The position numbers were made by a program, and so were the translations under genes. A DNA stretch of 64,000 nt from Tubulanus polymorphus (Eukaryota > Animalia > Nemertea): contig NC_134028.1 in assembly GCF_964204645.1 (NCBI RefSeq), forward strand, positions 17,491,653 to 17,555,652, given 5' to 3'. Below are positions 1 through 13,446 of the stretch, piece after piece. The first letter of the stretch is position 1, and every line of letters begins with the position of its first letter. The notes beneath the pieces are model-generated. The model searched no databases, had not been told where the DNA came from, and saw only the letters and a list, made by a program, of their open reading frames with translations.

Positions 1-1239
1 TTTGAACTGAACCAACCCAATTTTAAATGAGGTTTAGCCTAAGTGATGCCCTGCTCATGTAGCAATTTTGAAAATTTGGTTGACAATTACGACCTCTATG
101 CTGTTAACGGTGTTTTTCAGCCTGCTGGCCATCATAATTTGAACCAATTTGACTCAATTTTAGATGGAGTTCTGCCCCAAATGATACCCTACTTGTACAC
201 CAATTTTGAAAAAAAGGGTTGACAATTGCCGCATCTAGGCTATTTCCATCACTTGGGGTGGCGGCTGCAGTGTTTTTAGGCACAGCTAAATCTATATGCC
301 ACACTCAATTGAAAGTTCAGCCGGGGGCATAAAATGTAAGTTGGCTTATACACCAGATACCTTCGATATTGATTGAAAGTGACCATGTTCCGAGTTCAAG
401 GTCACCATGATGAAATGGACTATCAATTCATGTTAGGCTACGCTCTCAATCAGAATTAAGGATACTGATAGAATAGTTGATTATACCTTAGGAATGTATC
501 AAAATTAAATATCAAGAGAAAAAAAATCGAGTTTATTCAATGCGCAGTACGCAGTATTCAATATGGCATGCTGCAGTAGCAGTGTACCAGTACCTGTAGG
601 CGTTTAATCCATATACAGCACTCTAATACATGCGCACGGCATTCAATCATACACAATACATTCAACATGCAGATACAAACAATGAGAACAAATCCGATAA
701 TATATTGCACAGTATTAAAGACTCATTACTACTATGCAAAACACCATCACTGTTTTTGAAGACTTATCTAACCGCATGAAGAATTGAGTCGACCTATACA
801 GCTAATATAGACAACTTTTATAAACAGAAAATTTTATTTCAACTTAAACACCAGGGCCTGTCACCAGGTTGGTTAAGAGGGATGAAACGGCCCATATTGA
901 AAAAGTCGAAAAATATTTTCAAAAAAAGGATTTTTTGGGGAACAAAATGCAGTAACTTTTAGCCAAAAAACTTACTTCCTTTTGGTCAAAATGTTAATAG
1001 TTTAGGCCTCAATTAGAGCCGCTTTTTGAATGAGACGCCAAATTGGTTTTTTCCGACTCCACAGTTGTGCTAACAACTGCCGAAAACCGTCTTAAGGAGC
1101 ACTCTTAACTACGGAGCGCTCCGATGTGACGCCCGCGATTGAGGTGATTAAAGCGATTGAAGTGATTTACACTGTTCTCAGGAATAAAGAAAATGTTAGA
1201 AAAGGTCGGAAATCCGTCTATGGTTGGAAGATTTTCATC

Positions 1240-2293
1240 CCTGGGTTAAGATAACCTGTGGATAAGTTCTTAACTACCGCATAAGAACACATCCACCGGT
1301 TAGTTAACCACTAGTTAGATTCAGTTGCTCAAAACCTTGGTTAGGTCGCGGCTAGTTAAAGTTCCTTAACCAGCGGTTAAATCATTTATCCACTGGTTAG
1401 CCTTTTTTTCATAAAACATTCATCCGAAAATTGAGTCAGACACTTGAATCGCTGTAGATTAAATCTGTTGTAGCCAAATGTAGGCATTAAAAAACTGCGC
1501 TGGCCATTTTTAACCACTGGTTAAGTACTACACATAGACCCATGGGTCGTTTAACTTTAACCAATGGTTAGGGAATTTTACTGTTGGTTAAATTTTTGAG
1601 AAACCCAATCTAACCGACGGTTAAGAGTTTAACCGTCGGTTGATTGGTTGATATCAGTTAGATGTGGAAGCCATGTTTGCTTTATAACAAATGTATCGAA
1701 GATTCTGATTGGTGGTTGAAATCTTCAATCAGCAGCTATTGCCTCCGCAGTAAGATTTTTCAATTGTTATAATTAATTTCATTCGAATATAAAAAAATAC
1801 ATTTGCGGGCAGTTTTGGCATTGGATCAATTGAATAGTTTGTTTCGATTGACGACATGTATGCATCACGCGCGTCAGTCTGATCATTACTGCTGTGCACT
1901 AATCAATAGACCACGTGCATGCAGGTATATACTCTAGTGATCAGTAATGTATAGACGCTGCTCACTAGCGTGCGGCACATTTTTGAATGCTATCGTTTAA
2001 ACCACATCGTTCCACTATTTTCTTATTCATATCGTGTCAGCACATGGCCCCCTACATTACTGTAGTAGCAATACGCAGCACAATATTGATTTTCTAGATG
2101 AACACTCAGGCTAGCCACAGCAAGTCGATCATTAAGGAACTCACCACATGTGTCATAACCGATCATTACCCCCTACCCCCTTTATTTTAACATCAAATCT
2201 TTATCGATCTTAGAGACCACAAAATTTTTTCAAAAGTCGTAATTCCGATTAAAGTCGGAAGATTGAGATCCCTGCTTTGAGCAACCGGCCCCA
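1240..2293. mobile_element. Degraded non-autonomous DNA transposon(s), Harbinger-like with hAT-like ends nested
   Basis: Many TTAACC/GGTTAA subterminal repeats, end-like CTTTGAGCAACCGGCCCCAG, and CAGGGAT-type ends on the minus strand near 1243 and 2274. No paired TIR/TSD was resolved. Confidence 0.4.
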
Positions 2294-2373
2294 GGTCGAC
2301 TTGAACACTTGGCAAATACAGCAGATACAGCCAGATACAAATGGTGTTTCCAGCAATTTTTTCACAGGCCTAC

Positions 2374-2465
2374 CTGATTTAATTTTGCATCTCTATCATG
2401 TATGCGTTCTTTGACTAGTGTTATCAAACCGGTTATATTATAGAATTCAGATTCTTCTAACACCC
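2374..2465 (-). CDS. KCTD5: KCTD5-family coding exon 3 (92 bp); the gene continues beyond the left window edge
   Basis: ttttcag acceptor and GTAGG donor; the phase-1 join gives (G)VLEESEFYNITGLITLVKERIHDRDAKLNQ. Confidence 0.93.
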
Positions 2466-3912
2466 CTGAAAATACATCATATAGGCAAAATAATCATATA
2501 TCATCTAACAACCAACTCCATATGGTGATAACTAATGACTATATGACTTCTTTATCCTCGAGCATTCCATTCTACATTCTCACATGAAAAATGAGACATC
2601 AGTTGATAGCCAAAATGTGCTAAGTAAGAAGCTAATCTTAAGCCATCTTAATTCTGATTACCACAGATATCGAACTCATCGGAGATGTTTTGGTCATGCA
2701 CAATACATCAGAATTTGAAGACCATTGGTCAAAAATTGTGGTATGTAGAGTGTTCACAAGAAACCTGACTCACGGAGACGTGCTAGACCACCTCTTAAGT
2801 ACCAGGGGTAAAGCATAAGCCTGAATAGCCTTCCGTTTAGCAGGCTAAAAAACCAGTCCCAAAATGGGCTTAATTTCTTCCGAGTTCATAGCAAGCCAAA
2901 ACTTTTGGCTAACTTTTAGGTTTATGTTTGATGCTCTTTGCAATCATTCCAGGTTCGTACATCCCAGAATGCCTCGTTAAGAGCAGATGAATAACAGCCA
3001 CAGAAAACTCCTTGGATAAAAGTGAAGAAAATAGTTGCATAACTTGCTGAAATTTTATGGAAAATCGTTTCAGAAATATTGCGACATCAATTAAATCTTT
3101 TTATCAGAAATGAGTATTACACATAGGCCTTGTCATTACAGGTGATTTGTCATGAAACATAATTAACGTAATATCAACAAGCTATTTAAGCAACTTTACT
3201 TCCGAATTATTGTTTAAGAAAAAAAGAATTAACGTTGATTGTGGTGCTCTACTCAGTGGTGATCAGTTTACTAAATAAATTGCCCATGGGCAAAGTGTGG
3301 TTTACCTTGAAAGCTAGAGGTTGTCTGGTGTAAGGGCATTACTTGAAAAATCTTTTTAATTCGTGACTTCAAAGTTCTAGAAGTTTATATGGTATTTTAT
3401 CTTTCTTAAAGAATTATTTTGTAGTCAAATAAGACCTAAGATAAACATTTGTTTATGGTCTACGTCCAAAGTTTTGTAGGGTACAGGTAGGCGCGGCAGG
3501 GAATCTATTCAATATTTTCAAAAAACTATTTTTCACAACATGAAAAAATATCCAAATAAAATTCATATGATGTCACATATCAGAGGGTGGCTAAATATTG
3601 AGTCTTGGAAATAAAATCCTTTCCAATGTATGGCCGCGGAAGCTAAAACACCAGGGCGTACTATTAGATCGTTTTAAACCCTGGAATTTACCACTACAAT
3701 ATTCAGACCTCGACCTATGCCTATAGTTTGCTGCTTAGTATTTTCAGGTCACAAGAAATTACAATTTATTACAAATTCTATCAAACAGAACATACAGAGC
3801 TCATCTTCTGCTATGACGATTACTAAGCCTGTTATCATACCAAACGTGCAAGCGCCAAGCAGCGTTACAGCATCACCAAATAGTAGTCTGTATGAGCGTG
3901 TGTTTGTGTGTG

Positions 3913-3944
3913 CATGGATGTATTAACTAGTTTATACATCCATG
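3913..3944. mobile_element. 32-bp palindrome with a 7-bp flanking duplication (P-element-like footprint or minimal MITE)
   Basis: CATGGATGTATTAACTAGTTTATACATCCATG is self-complementary except for one pair; GTGTGTG lies directly on both sides. Confidence 0.6.
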
Positions 3945-4023
3945 GTGTGTGCAACAGTCTAATGTTTAGCACTGGCGCGCACATGGAGGCCTTGTGTAGC
4001 TAACGTTCGCTTCACTTCAATCT

Positions 4024-5725
4024 CAATCAACACAATCAGTGGGTATTAAAATGAAACAATACCTATGGCGATATATGAAATAATTATATTCTCACCAGCA
4101 ATGAGCATTTAAAATTCACACATATACGCCACCTAGTCCAATGAAACGTTCGCCATTAATGGTTTTCCCATAATTATTTTAGTGGTGCGGGAATTCCCCG
4201 TTTATCCCAAAAACAGCCAATCACATTCGCTTGTTGAGACGACACCCTCCAATCTAGGTCATTGCAATTTTATACGCAAGAGCTAAGAATTTTCCCGCCA
4301 AAAACAGTTTTTCGTCGAATTTAAACAGGTGTTGACCATGTCATCGACGGAGGTTTGTCATGTCTTCTATCGCATCGATTACACATCGTTTAACCCGAGA
4401 ACCAATGAAACTAGGGGTCCAGGGACACCATGCCCAGTTGGGAAGTAGTTCCAAATGCTCGACAATCTAACAATTTCAACATTCAATGCCCTCTAGTGAC
4501 CATATACAAAAACCAATGACCTTGAAACTCACCATAATCATAGAACATCAACGAGCAGCAACGATTTTGTAATCCATTGTGATAACAGAATATGCCTCGT
4601 TACCAATTAAATATGGAAATATTAAGTTATTCTACTATTCAACGCCCCCTGGTGACCATATTCAAAACCCAATGACCTTGAAACTCACCAGAATCATAGA
4701 ACATGTCACGGACTATAACTTTGTAATTGATCATGGTAACAAAATATGCTTAGGTACCAATATAATAAGGAAATACTAAGTTAATCTACTATTCAACGCC
4801 CCCTGGTGACCATATAGAATAACTAATGGCCTTAAAACTTGCCACAATCATAGATGATGTCATGAGCTACAACTTTGCAATAGATTGTGGTTACAAAATA
4901 TGCATTGATACGAATATAATATAGAAGTACTAAGATATTGTATTATTCAACTCATAGAACAGGTTCTATGAGCTACAAATTTCTAATTGATTGTGGTAAC
5001 AAAATATGCTTAGGTATCAATATAATGTGGAAAAACTTTTTCCCACCTACGAATGAGTACTGATGACACCAAGATGGCCGCTAATTGCGTCATAATTGGC
5101 TGATCAAAAATACCTGTCTCAGGAATAAACCATCCCTTTTCAAAGAATACCCATCACAAATTGCAATGAGAAATGGCAAAACAGTAGGGAGCTACAGGAC
5201 TCAGAATTCGGGCCAAAATTGACATTTTTAGGCACTAAAAAGGTCATAGGACGGTCATCTTGAGTCCGATCGACCTAATTTTTGTTTCGCTGATGGGCCC
5301 TGGTGGGATTCACATACATCCGAAAGATCAAGGTAATTGATCAAAGCGTCTTCAAAATTTCCCTCAAAAAGTTCAAAAATGTGTAAAAAAATGTTGACTT
5401 GGCAAACAACAATGGCTGCCAGTCGGCCATCTTGATTCTGACAGGGCCAGTTATTAGGCTGAAGATGTGTCTAGGGTAGATACATGTGTAACCCAAATAT
5501 CAAGGCATACAAGGCTTACATAGAAGCGTCTTCAAAACCTCCCAAAATAACTGGATTCCAACTACGGACGGACGGACGCTACGACGGACGAAAAGTGAAT
5601 GCACTAGCCCGCTTGGACTAAAGTCCCAAGTGGGCTAAAAATGCTCACATAAAAAAACGTACTGCGATTTTACATGAATTGGCTCAATGCCAGCCTCTTT
5701 CTGCTGACAAAGGTAAACCAAAAAG
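4024..5725. repeat. Interspersed repeat X (~450 bp), split by HINE copy A
   Basis: 4024-4410 plus 5641-5725 align colinearly with uninterrupted 14675-15128. Confidence 0.8.
4411..5640 (-). mobile_element. Helentron-associated interspersed element (HINE/DINE-1-like), copy A
   Basis: Subterminal inverted repeats (GCCCA.TTGGG / CCCAAGTGGGC), small hairpin GGGGTCCAGGGACACC at one end, GGAC microsatellite at the other, internal ~122-bp tandem units, inserted in an A-run without TSD. Confidence 0.8.
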
Positions 5726-7817
5726 GCAGCACTTTCTTTACTCCTTGTAATGAAAGCAAAGGAAGTCCAGAAAACATGCAGAACCAGAACAGCTATGCAG
5801 ATGATTAGCTGTAAATTCTTATTCATTATAGAAACATATATAGGGGGGAATCATATATGCCCATATATAGGGGGTTCTTCTGATGAATCCCCGTTTGGTC
5901 AAAGTGCCTTTTTCGGCATCCGAGAATTTTCTCCAGCCATCCCGGATACGGTACAAAGTCCAGCAAGCTGTACATCATACAATATGGCGTAGTTGCTATT
6001 AAGCTGTTCAATGACATACTGATGTTATCCAAAATCAATTAATATGCTATCTGCCACTGTGAATCATGGAAGCACGAAAGATGCCTGATCTGACACCTCC
6101 TGCAGACCAGTTTGAACTCGATGCTGATTTTGATTAAGTACCACAAATCTCAACTGAAGTAAACAGTAAAAAGGCATCAGCTATTGCAGTGGAAATACTG
6201 AAGCACCCGGGCTTGTCAGCAGAACAGCCCAAGATACTGCCCAAAAACACTACAAGGCGCCTATAACGGCTGACAGCACAAAACTCCAGCCAAAGGAAGA
6301 CTGGGCATTGAACCCTTAACAGGGGATGTCACAACAATGGTGGCCGCTTCACCACTAATCTTCTATCAAAAAATTGCAGAGTAACTCGCTCGCTCTGCCT
6401 TTTTCAGAGCTACTCGCATGTCTAAGAAACTAAGAAAGAGAAGTTTTTCAAACCATTCGAAAACCCAATCACTTGTATTTCAGAAACTCCAGTGTATCAG
6501 GCTAAAATTAAAACCTAACAGGCAAAGAGCTTGAAAGAAAACGAGTATAAAAGGAATGGTACCAGGTGAGTAAATGGAACGAGAGAAGCGTTTGAGATGA
6601 TAGAGTAGAGAGCATCGGATAGAGTCGCCAAGTTCACTCGATAATGTTGAATGTCACTGCCGTTGAAAATTATGATAGCATGGCTAAGTAAGTTAGAAAA
6701 TCGCCAAGTTGGCTTTCTACATCGACATCTTAGTTACTGTCATTGGATATTTAATATCTTTGCGCTCTCTCAAACCACCACAGACCTTGAAAAGACCTGG
6801 TGAGCCGGAGCTCAGCCCAGCATGACTTTACCTTTCGAAAGCCTGGATCAAAGGGAGTCCCATGACCCAAAAACAATAAGTGAAACCCTTTGGACGGTTG
6901 GTTTTCTATGATACATGTAGTCGCGACGTTAATATCAAAACATTAACATTATATTTGGAGAGTTGAACCACAACAAAACACCTGATTGATCTAAAACACA
7001 GAAGCGCCACCCAGGGCGTGAATAGATAATGAGATGCTGACATGAAAAATGGTGGATGTCAGCATGCAGGCCTCCCAGTACCCCTTACAAACCTTAGAGG
7101 ACAGTTCTTAGACGAAATGATTTGAAAAGTAGAGGACAGAGAAGACAAAAATTACTAAGATAATGTATTGGTAACTAATAGCAAACTATGCATATTTCAA
7201 TTCTCATAAAAGATTTTCAATATTAAATCTTCGGTAGTTGTATAATTGACCAAATCAAGGTATCTTCAGACCAGTCATAATGCATATTACACGAAGTGTG
7301 ATTGGCTCAATTCACCCTGAAGCACCATAGTGACGGTGATGTAGAGAGCTAAACAAAATAAAAATGTATGAAAACAAAACAACAAGATGCGGATGCATCC
7401 AAGTACGTTCAGTCAGGTGCTAAATAAAGGCACAGCATGTATAATTTCTGAATTAAAGATGGCCACAAAACGGCCACATTGGATACCTTGACCTAATTTA
7501 GTCATATAATATTGACCATTTCATTTCACCCTTCCCATATGGAAAATGAAAGCTCTACACAGAATACCATGCCAAAACATGTATTTTCAGAAACCAAGAT
7601 GGCAACTAGTCAGCCATATTGGATGACATCATGTCCTAGGTAGTTTGGGTATATAATAGACCATTCCATTTCACATGCTGATATGAAAAGCTCTACATGG
7701 AATAGTATGTCAGTTGATAGCCAAAACGTGGATTTTCAAAAACCAAGATGGCCACCAGTCGGCCATATTGGATGACACCATGACCTACGTAGTTGGGCCA
7801 TAACCAGGGGGCCAGAA

Positions 7818-9340
7818 CTAGGGGTCGAGGGACACTATGCCCACTTGGAAAGTGGTTTCACATGCTCACCAATCTAACAATTTCAATATTCAACGCCCCT
7901 GGTGACCATATACAACTAGGGGTCCAGGGACACCATGCCCACTGTGGAAGTGGTTCCAAATGCTCAACAATCTAACAATTTCAATATTCAACGCCCTCTG
8001 GTGACCATATACAGAATCCAATGACCTTGAAACTCACCACAATCATAGAACATGTCAGCAGCTACGATTTTGTAATTGATTGTGATAACAAAATATGCCT
8101 CGTTAACACTTTAATATGGAAATACTAAGTTATTCTACTATTCAACGCCCCCTGGTGACCATGTTCAAAACCCAATGACCTTGAAACTCACCACAATGAT
8201 AGAACATGTCACGAACTATAACTTTGTAATTGATCATGGTAACAAAATATGCCTAGGTATAATAAGGAAATACTAACTTATTCTACTATTCAACGCCCCC
8301 TGGTGACCATATAGAATAACTAATGGCCTTAAAACTTGCCACAATCATAGATGATGTCAAGAGCTACAACTTTGCAATTGATTGTGGTTACAAAATATGC
8401 ATTGATACGAATATAATATAGAAATACTAAGATATTGCATTATTCAACGCCCCCCTGGTGGCCATATACAAAAACCAATGACCTTGAAACTCACCATAAT
8501 CATAGAACACGATATGAGCTACAACTTTCTAAATGATTGTGGTTACAAAATACGCTTAGGTATCAATATAATGTGGAAAAACTTTTTCCCACTTACAAAT
8601 GAGTACTGCTGACACCAAGATGGCCGCCAATTGCGTCATAATTGGCTGATGAAAAATACCTGTCTCAGGTATAAAACATCCCTTTCCAAAGAATACCCAT
8701 CACAAATTGCAATGAGAAATGATAAACCAGTAGGAAGCTACAGGACTCAGAATTCGGGCCAAAATTAACATTTTTGGGCACTAAAAAGGTCATAGGACGG
8801 CCATCTTGAGTCCGATCGACCCAATTTTTGTTAAGCTGATGGGCCCTGGGGGAATTCACATATATCCGAAAGATCAAGGTAATTGATCAAAGCGTCTTCA
8901 AAATTTCCCTCAAAAAGTTCAAAAAATGTGTAAAAAGTGCTGATTTTGGCGAACAACAATGGCTGCCAGTCGGCCATCTTGAATCTGACAGGGCCAGTTT
9001 TTGGGCTGAAGATGTGTAACCCAAATATCAAGACATTACCTTGAAGCGTCTTCAAAACTTCCCAAAATAACTGGATTCCGTCTACGGACGGACGGACGAC
9101 GGACGAAAAGTGAACGCAATAGCCCGCTGGGACTAAAGTCCCAAGTGGGCTAAAAACCAATGACCTTGAAACTCACCACAATCATAGACCATGTCACGAG
9201 CTACAATTTTGCAATTGATTATGGTAACAAAATATGCCTAGGTACCAAAATAATAAGGAAATGAAACTAAGTTTTTGACCATATAGAATAACTAATGACC
9301 TTGTAACCCACCACAATCATAGACCACGTTAGCAATTGAT
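7818..9340 (-). mobile_element. HINE copy B2 (7916-9156) inserted into older HINE copy B1 (7818-7915 and 9157-9340)
   Basis: Same family as copy A; the B1 sequence GGTGACCATATACAA/AAACCAATGACCTTG is split exactly at its A-run by a full copy. Confidence 0.8.
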
Positions 9341-9699
9341 TGTACAGCCAATCTCTGTTAATCCGTCTCCGGTTACCGTGTAAGTGTTTATTCCGTATAA
9401 ATAAATTGGTCACGTTTTTCAGTAACGTTATCCCCTTTAAAATTCTGTGTCTAATTCGTACTCCATAATCCGTATTTTCACTTATTCCGAAGACAAATGC
9501 ATGGTCCCACTGTTCAATTTATATGTTAATCCTTATGAGTAATCCGTATTAGCTGTATCAGGTGTTGGGAACATACACTTGTAATCTAATGAGGTTAATG
9601 TGGTCAATTTGAAAAGAATAGCGACTATGCGTGCTCTGCACATCAGCCGCACATAAAGTGATGCGGTAGAAGCGTGCATAGCACGTCTGTAGCACGGAA

Positions 9700-11380
9700 A
9701 GGCTTAAAATTCCATCAGGACTCGAAGCTAAATATGGTAAATCTTAATGAATAAATAATCCGCAAGGGGACACGCTAACATGGTGAACATCATAATACTT
9801 TTTTACAGCAACACATTCATATTTTCTACCATGTTTGATTGCAGCTGTGTTCAATTTTTCTGGACTAATAAAGGACTTGCACATTTTCTGTTTATCGGCT
9901 CTATCTGTTGATTTACATATTCAGCCAAAATTACTAGAAGTTAGCCCAAAAGATCTCTCTGATACCAACAAAGGGTTATTTGCCTCTTGTTTTTTCTTCA
10001 ATATGCTGGGAATCTTTATAAATAATATCTATGAAAATTTCTTTGTAACATTTCTTTAGTTAATATTGATGGTCATTTTCAAATGCATACATATTGGCAG
10101 GTGGGTACATTTGCTTAAGGGGTATTTGAGGTTCAATTTCAGAATAGTTTAAACAAAGGCACCGGACATAAGAAGTGTACAATGGATTATTCCTATATTT
10201 CACAGGTGTTGGATCAAAAATGAGGCTTTCATTTCCTTTCAGAGGTATATCATTTGCCTTCAATGGTGATCATATTTTCCTTTTCTTAACTTGGTGAAAA
10301 GATTGTAATTTTTCAGTACATCTCGATTCAGTCAGCAATTTTTTAGAGTCATAAAATTTTGCTAGAACCTACAACAAAGCACATATGTGCTTGTTAGGGC
10401 CCATTCCTGCAGCGCAATCACACTGTGTTTCAATAATCTCACCATTGTTATTGCATTTTACATCTAAAATATACAACAAACTTTTTTTTATTTCAGCCCA
10501 ACAGTCTGTAGAAATATGCATAATCAACATTATTATCTTGTTGATTTGCCATTCTTTTGCTCCATCTCACATATTTGATGATTCTTGAATCGCCTACTTC
10601 ATTGCTCTCAGAGTCCAGTAATTTATCAAATTTGTTTAGGTATGAGTTTGCCTCTTCAAATGTAATCAGTGATATATATCAGTGATATATTTGCATCGGA
10701 ATTTAAATCCCAATAGGTTATCAGATCCAGTATGTCAACTTTATACTCTGGTTCCAGGGACTGTGATGCTGTCCTACCAGAGTTGAAATTTCTATCATAG
10801 GCTTCCAATCTATAAATATAAAAAGCAGTTAAGTCTGATGTATTTTCAAGAAACAGTATCAATAATGTTTTGTATCATCGGGCTATAAGAAAAGATTTGA
10901 AGATGAAAATCTTTGGAAATGTAGATACAATTATGTGTCATGATTGAAAACATAATATTTGATTTGACCCGGCCAAGGAATTTTCAAATTTAAGATCAGT
11001 TATACAGGAACTGGCTACGAGGGTAAGCTTATTCCCTAGTGTCATCGGCTACATCTGTAAGACGACGTTTTTGAACAGTTCGCATTGTTTTTGTGATGAA
11101 ACTGCATTTAAGTGGGTCATCTGCTGATTATATCTGCCTGGAAATCTACCCCCATTCAATATAACGGCACTAACAACTTATCACCCCACTGAAAATAATG
11201 GTGCAGTCCAGGGATTACTATCTTTCCATACGTCTAAATAGAGGTGCAACCTATTCATGTCTAGAGTTGAGACACACGATGAAATATAAAGGCCTACCTT
11301 TCAACGAGCTCTATTTTTCTCCCAGATATCTTGGCATTTCGTTTTTTCAGTTCTTCCTTTATTTGTAGCACAGTCCAACC
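9700..11380 (-). pseudogene. Degraded SAP + SWIM + YqaJ (lambda-exonuclease-like) gene, probably a DNA-transposon accessory gene (ISL2EU/Kolobok type)
   Basis: Manual translation gives GWTVLQIKEELKKRNAKISGRKIELVER (SAP-like) then a GT donor; TQCDCAAGMGP..KHICAL (SWIM-like); IEEKTRG..SERSFGLTSSNFG*ICK..AIKHGRKYE..CGLFIH*DLPYLASSPDG (YqaJ). Stops and frameshifts are present. Confidence 0.75.
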
Positions 11381-11383
11381 TTC

Positions 11384-11613
11384 TGATTTTGGCGAACAAC
11401 AATGGCTGCCAGTCGGCCATCTTGAATCTGACAGGGCTAGTTTTTGGGCTGAAGATGTGTATTGGGTAGATACATGTGTAACCCAAACATAAAGACATTA
11501 CATTGAAGCGTCTTCAAAACTTTCCAAAATAACTGGCTTCCGTCTACAGACGAACGGACGGAGGGACGACAGATGAAAAGTCAACGCAATAGCCCGCTAA
11601 AAGTCGGCTAAAA
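11384..11613 (-). mobile_element. HINE terminal fragment (possibly the displaced end of copy B1)
   Basis: Aligns to 8940-9156, including the GGAC repeats and the terminal GGCTAAAAA. Confidence 0.75.
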
Positions 11614-13337
11614 AAGAACAGTGTCACCAAACAGGCATCCAACATGTTGATGGCCATGATCCACGACATTTTTTGGGTCCTCCCTATGAAAATTTTGAAA
11701 ATTGACAGTTTTTTGGTACATTTTCCAAGCAATAAATGAAGTCTTGATGCAAAATGCAAATTTACTACATTGAGAAAATGACCTTAGATCGGACCCTGGG
11801 ACAGGAAAAAAATTGCACTTGTTGAATTAGGACTTAGAGGACATTTCTTCAATTCAGAGGGCATTAGAGGACACTTTTCCAATTTGAGGATTTAGAGGAC
11901 ATTTGGGAGCCCTGCAGCATGGCACCTAGCAACAGCTGATTAAGTTGGAACCTGGTGCCAACGCATCCATGCGGAGCTGAAAAGCGAGTAAATAGTGACT
12001 GACTAAGAAGACCAATCTAAGTATTTTGGCAATCTGATAAATACTACAATGAATGCAATATATAAAAAAGGACTCAATTTTGGTCAGTGTGAACTTTTAA
12101 TGAAAACTGACTTTTCTAACGAGAATGAAATCTTCGAAAAATTGACTATGGGCCATTTGTCTGAACAAATGTTCATAATTGTAATACATCCATTGAATGA
12201 TTTAAAAGAACTAAAACTATGAATGACCCGATAAGATACGGTACAAACTTGGTGAGAGCCTGGGTTTCATCGGAGGTTTTTTCATTTTTATCATATGGAC
12301 CAATCAGGACAGAAGCTTCCAAGTTCTTCAAATTTGAGGCCGGCTGTACCGGTTACTGCCGAAACTAAGTTTATCGACTGACATGATTTTTAATAATTTG
12401 ACGATAGGATTGCTTACATCTTCACTCAGACAAATCATTGTTACGCGCCACCTACACCGTGACGCGCGTACTCTACAACTGATACATACACGCAGTGAAC
12501 ACGAGAGTATAAGGCCATATTGCCTATGCGACTGTACACGACTGATTTCAAAACGAACGCTCCATTGTGCCCCAGTTAACAAACTAATACAAATAATCAG
12601 GCTCCAAAACGGATCGCTATTGTGATCGTTAATGAAATAACTTCAATTAATGATGATAAAACAAGTATTCCTGTTGTGTAAATATCAGACTCATCACTAA
12701 AATTTGATGCTATCAGTAAATCAGCTGTGTGGCGAACACGGAACTAAATTTCCGCATTTTGAAACCACATTTTCGTCAGATATCTTGATGCAACGTTACC
12801 TTATGCACGGGATATCAAAATTAGATTAATCATTGAACACATGGTACACAATAAATCGTTATATCATACGCCTTGAATATCAGTATTCGCGCTAGAAATG
12901 ATATCAACCTATTCAATCGTGCCGCCATTTTGTTTGTGAAATCCCGCGCACCAGCTGATCACCTTGTTCAATGTTATGACGTCATGATGGAAGTCAAAAC
13001 CGCGGCACAGTCAAAATTTTATAAAAAAATATGAAACCCACAGCTTTCAACTTTGCGCACCATAAAGAAAAACCAATTACGAAATATATTTTTGCTTAAT
13101 CCGTTCAATTCGCCCATTAGTAGTGAAATTAGGTTAATGAAATTGCGTTTGAGTGTGCTAAAAATAGCTTCGACCTATTTAGTGTATTAAGCATACAAAT
13201 GATTATCGATCGGCCAGACCGTTGACATAGGCTCGCTTAACACGAGCCAAAAAGAAGCACCAGGTCTAAGAAATGAGACCAAATACGATTTTACGTAGCA
13301 CAAAAAAGCCGAGATGGTCATCTTGTTTGCAACTTAC

Positions 13338-13446
13338 CTTCTTCAGCTAAATCTTTATTAACTACAAGTTTACCATGTCGAAGATAATTCAAAACTGGAC
13401 CAAAGTATGTAGGATCACGATCTATCAAATATGCTCCATTCTCATC
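13338..13446 (-). CDS. KCTD5: KCTD5-family coding exon 2 (109 bp)
   Basis: ttttgcag acceptor and GTAAGT donor; translates [36 protein letters not shown](G), in frame with exon 1. Not in the ORF track. Confidence 0.95.

Noticed and set aside
5730-6900. Possible degraded coding sequence with splice-like sites
   Set aside because: No recognisable motif in the frames I tried.
4579-9160. Short ORFs inside the HINE copies
   Set aside because: Frames are not conserved between copies; the element is non-coding.
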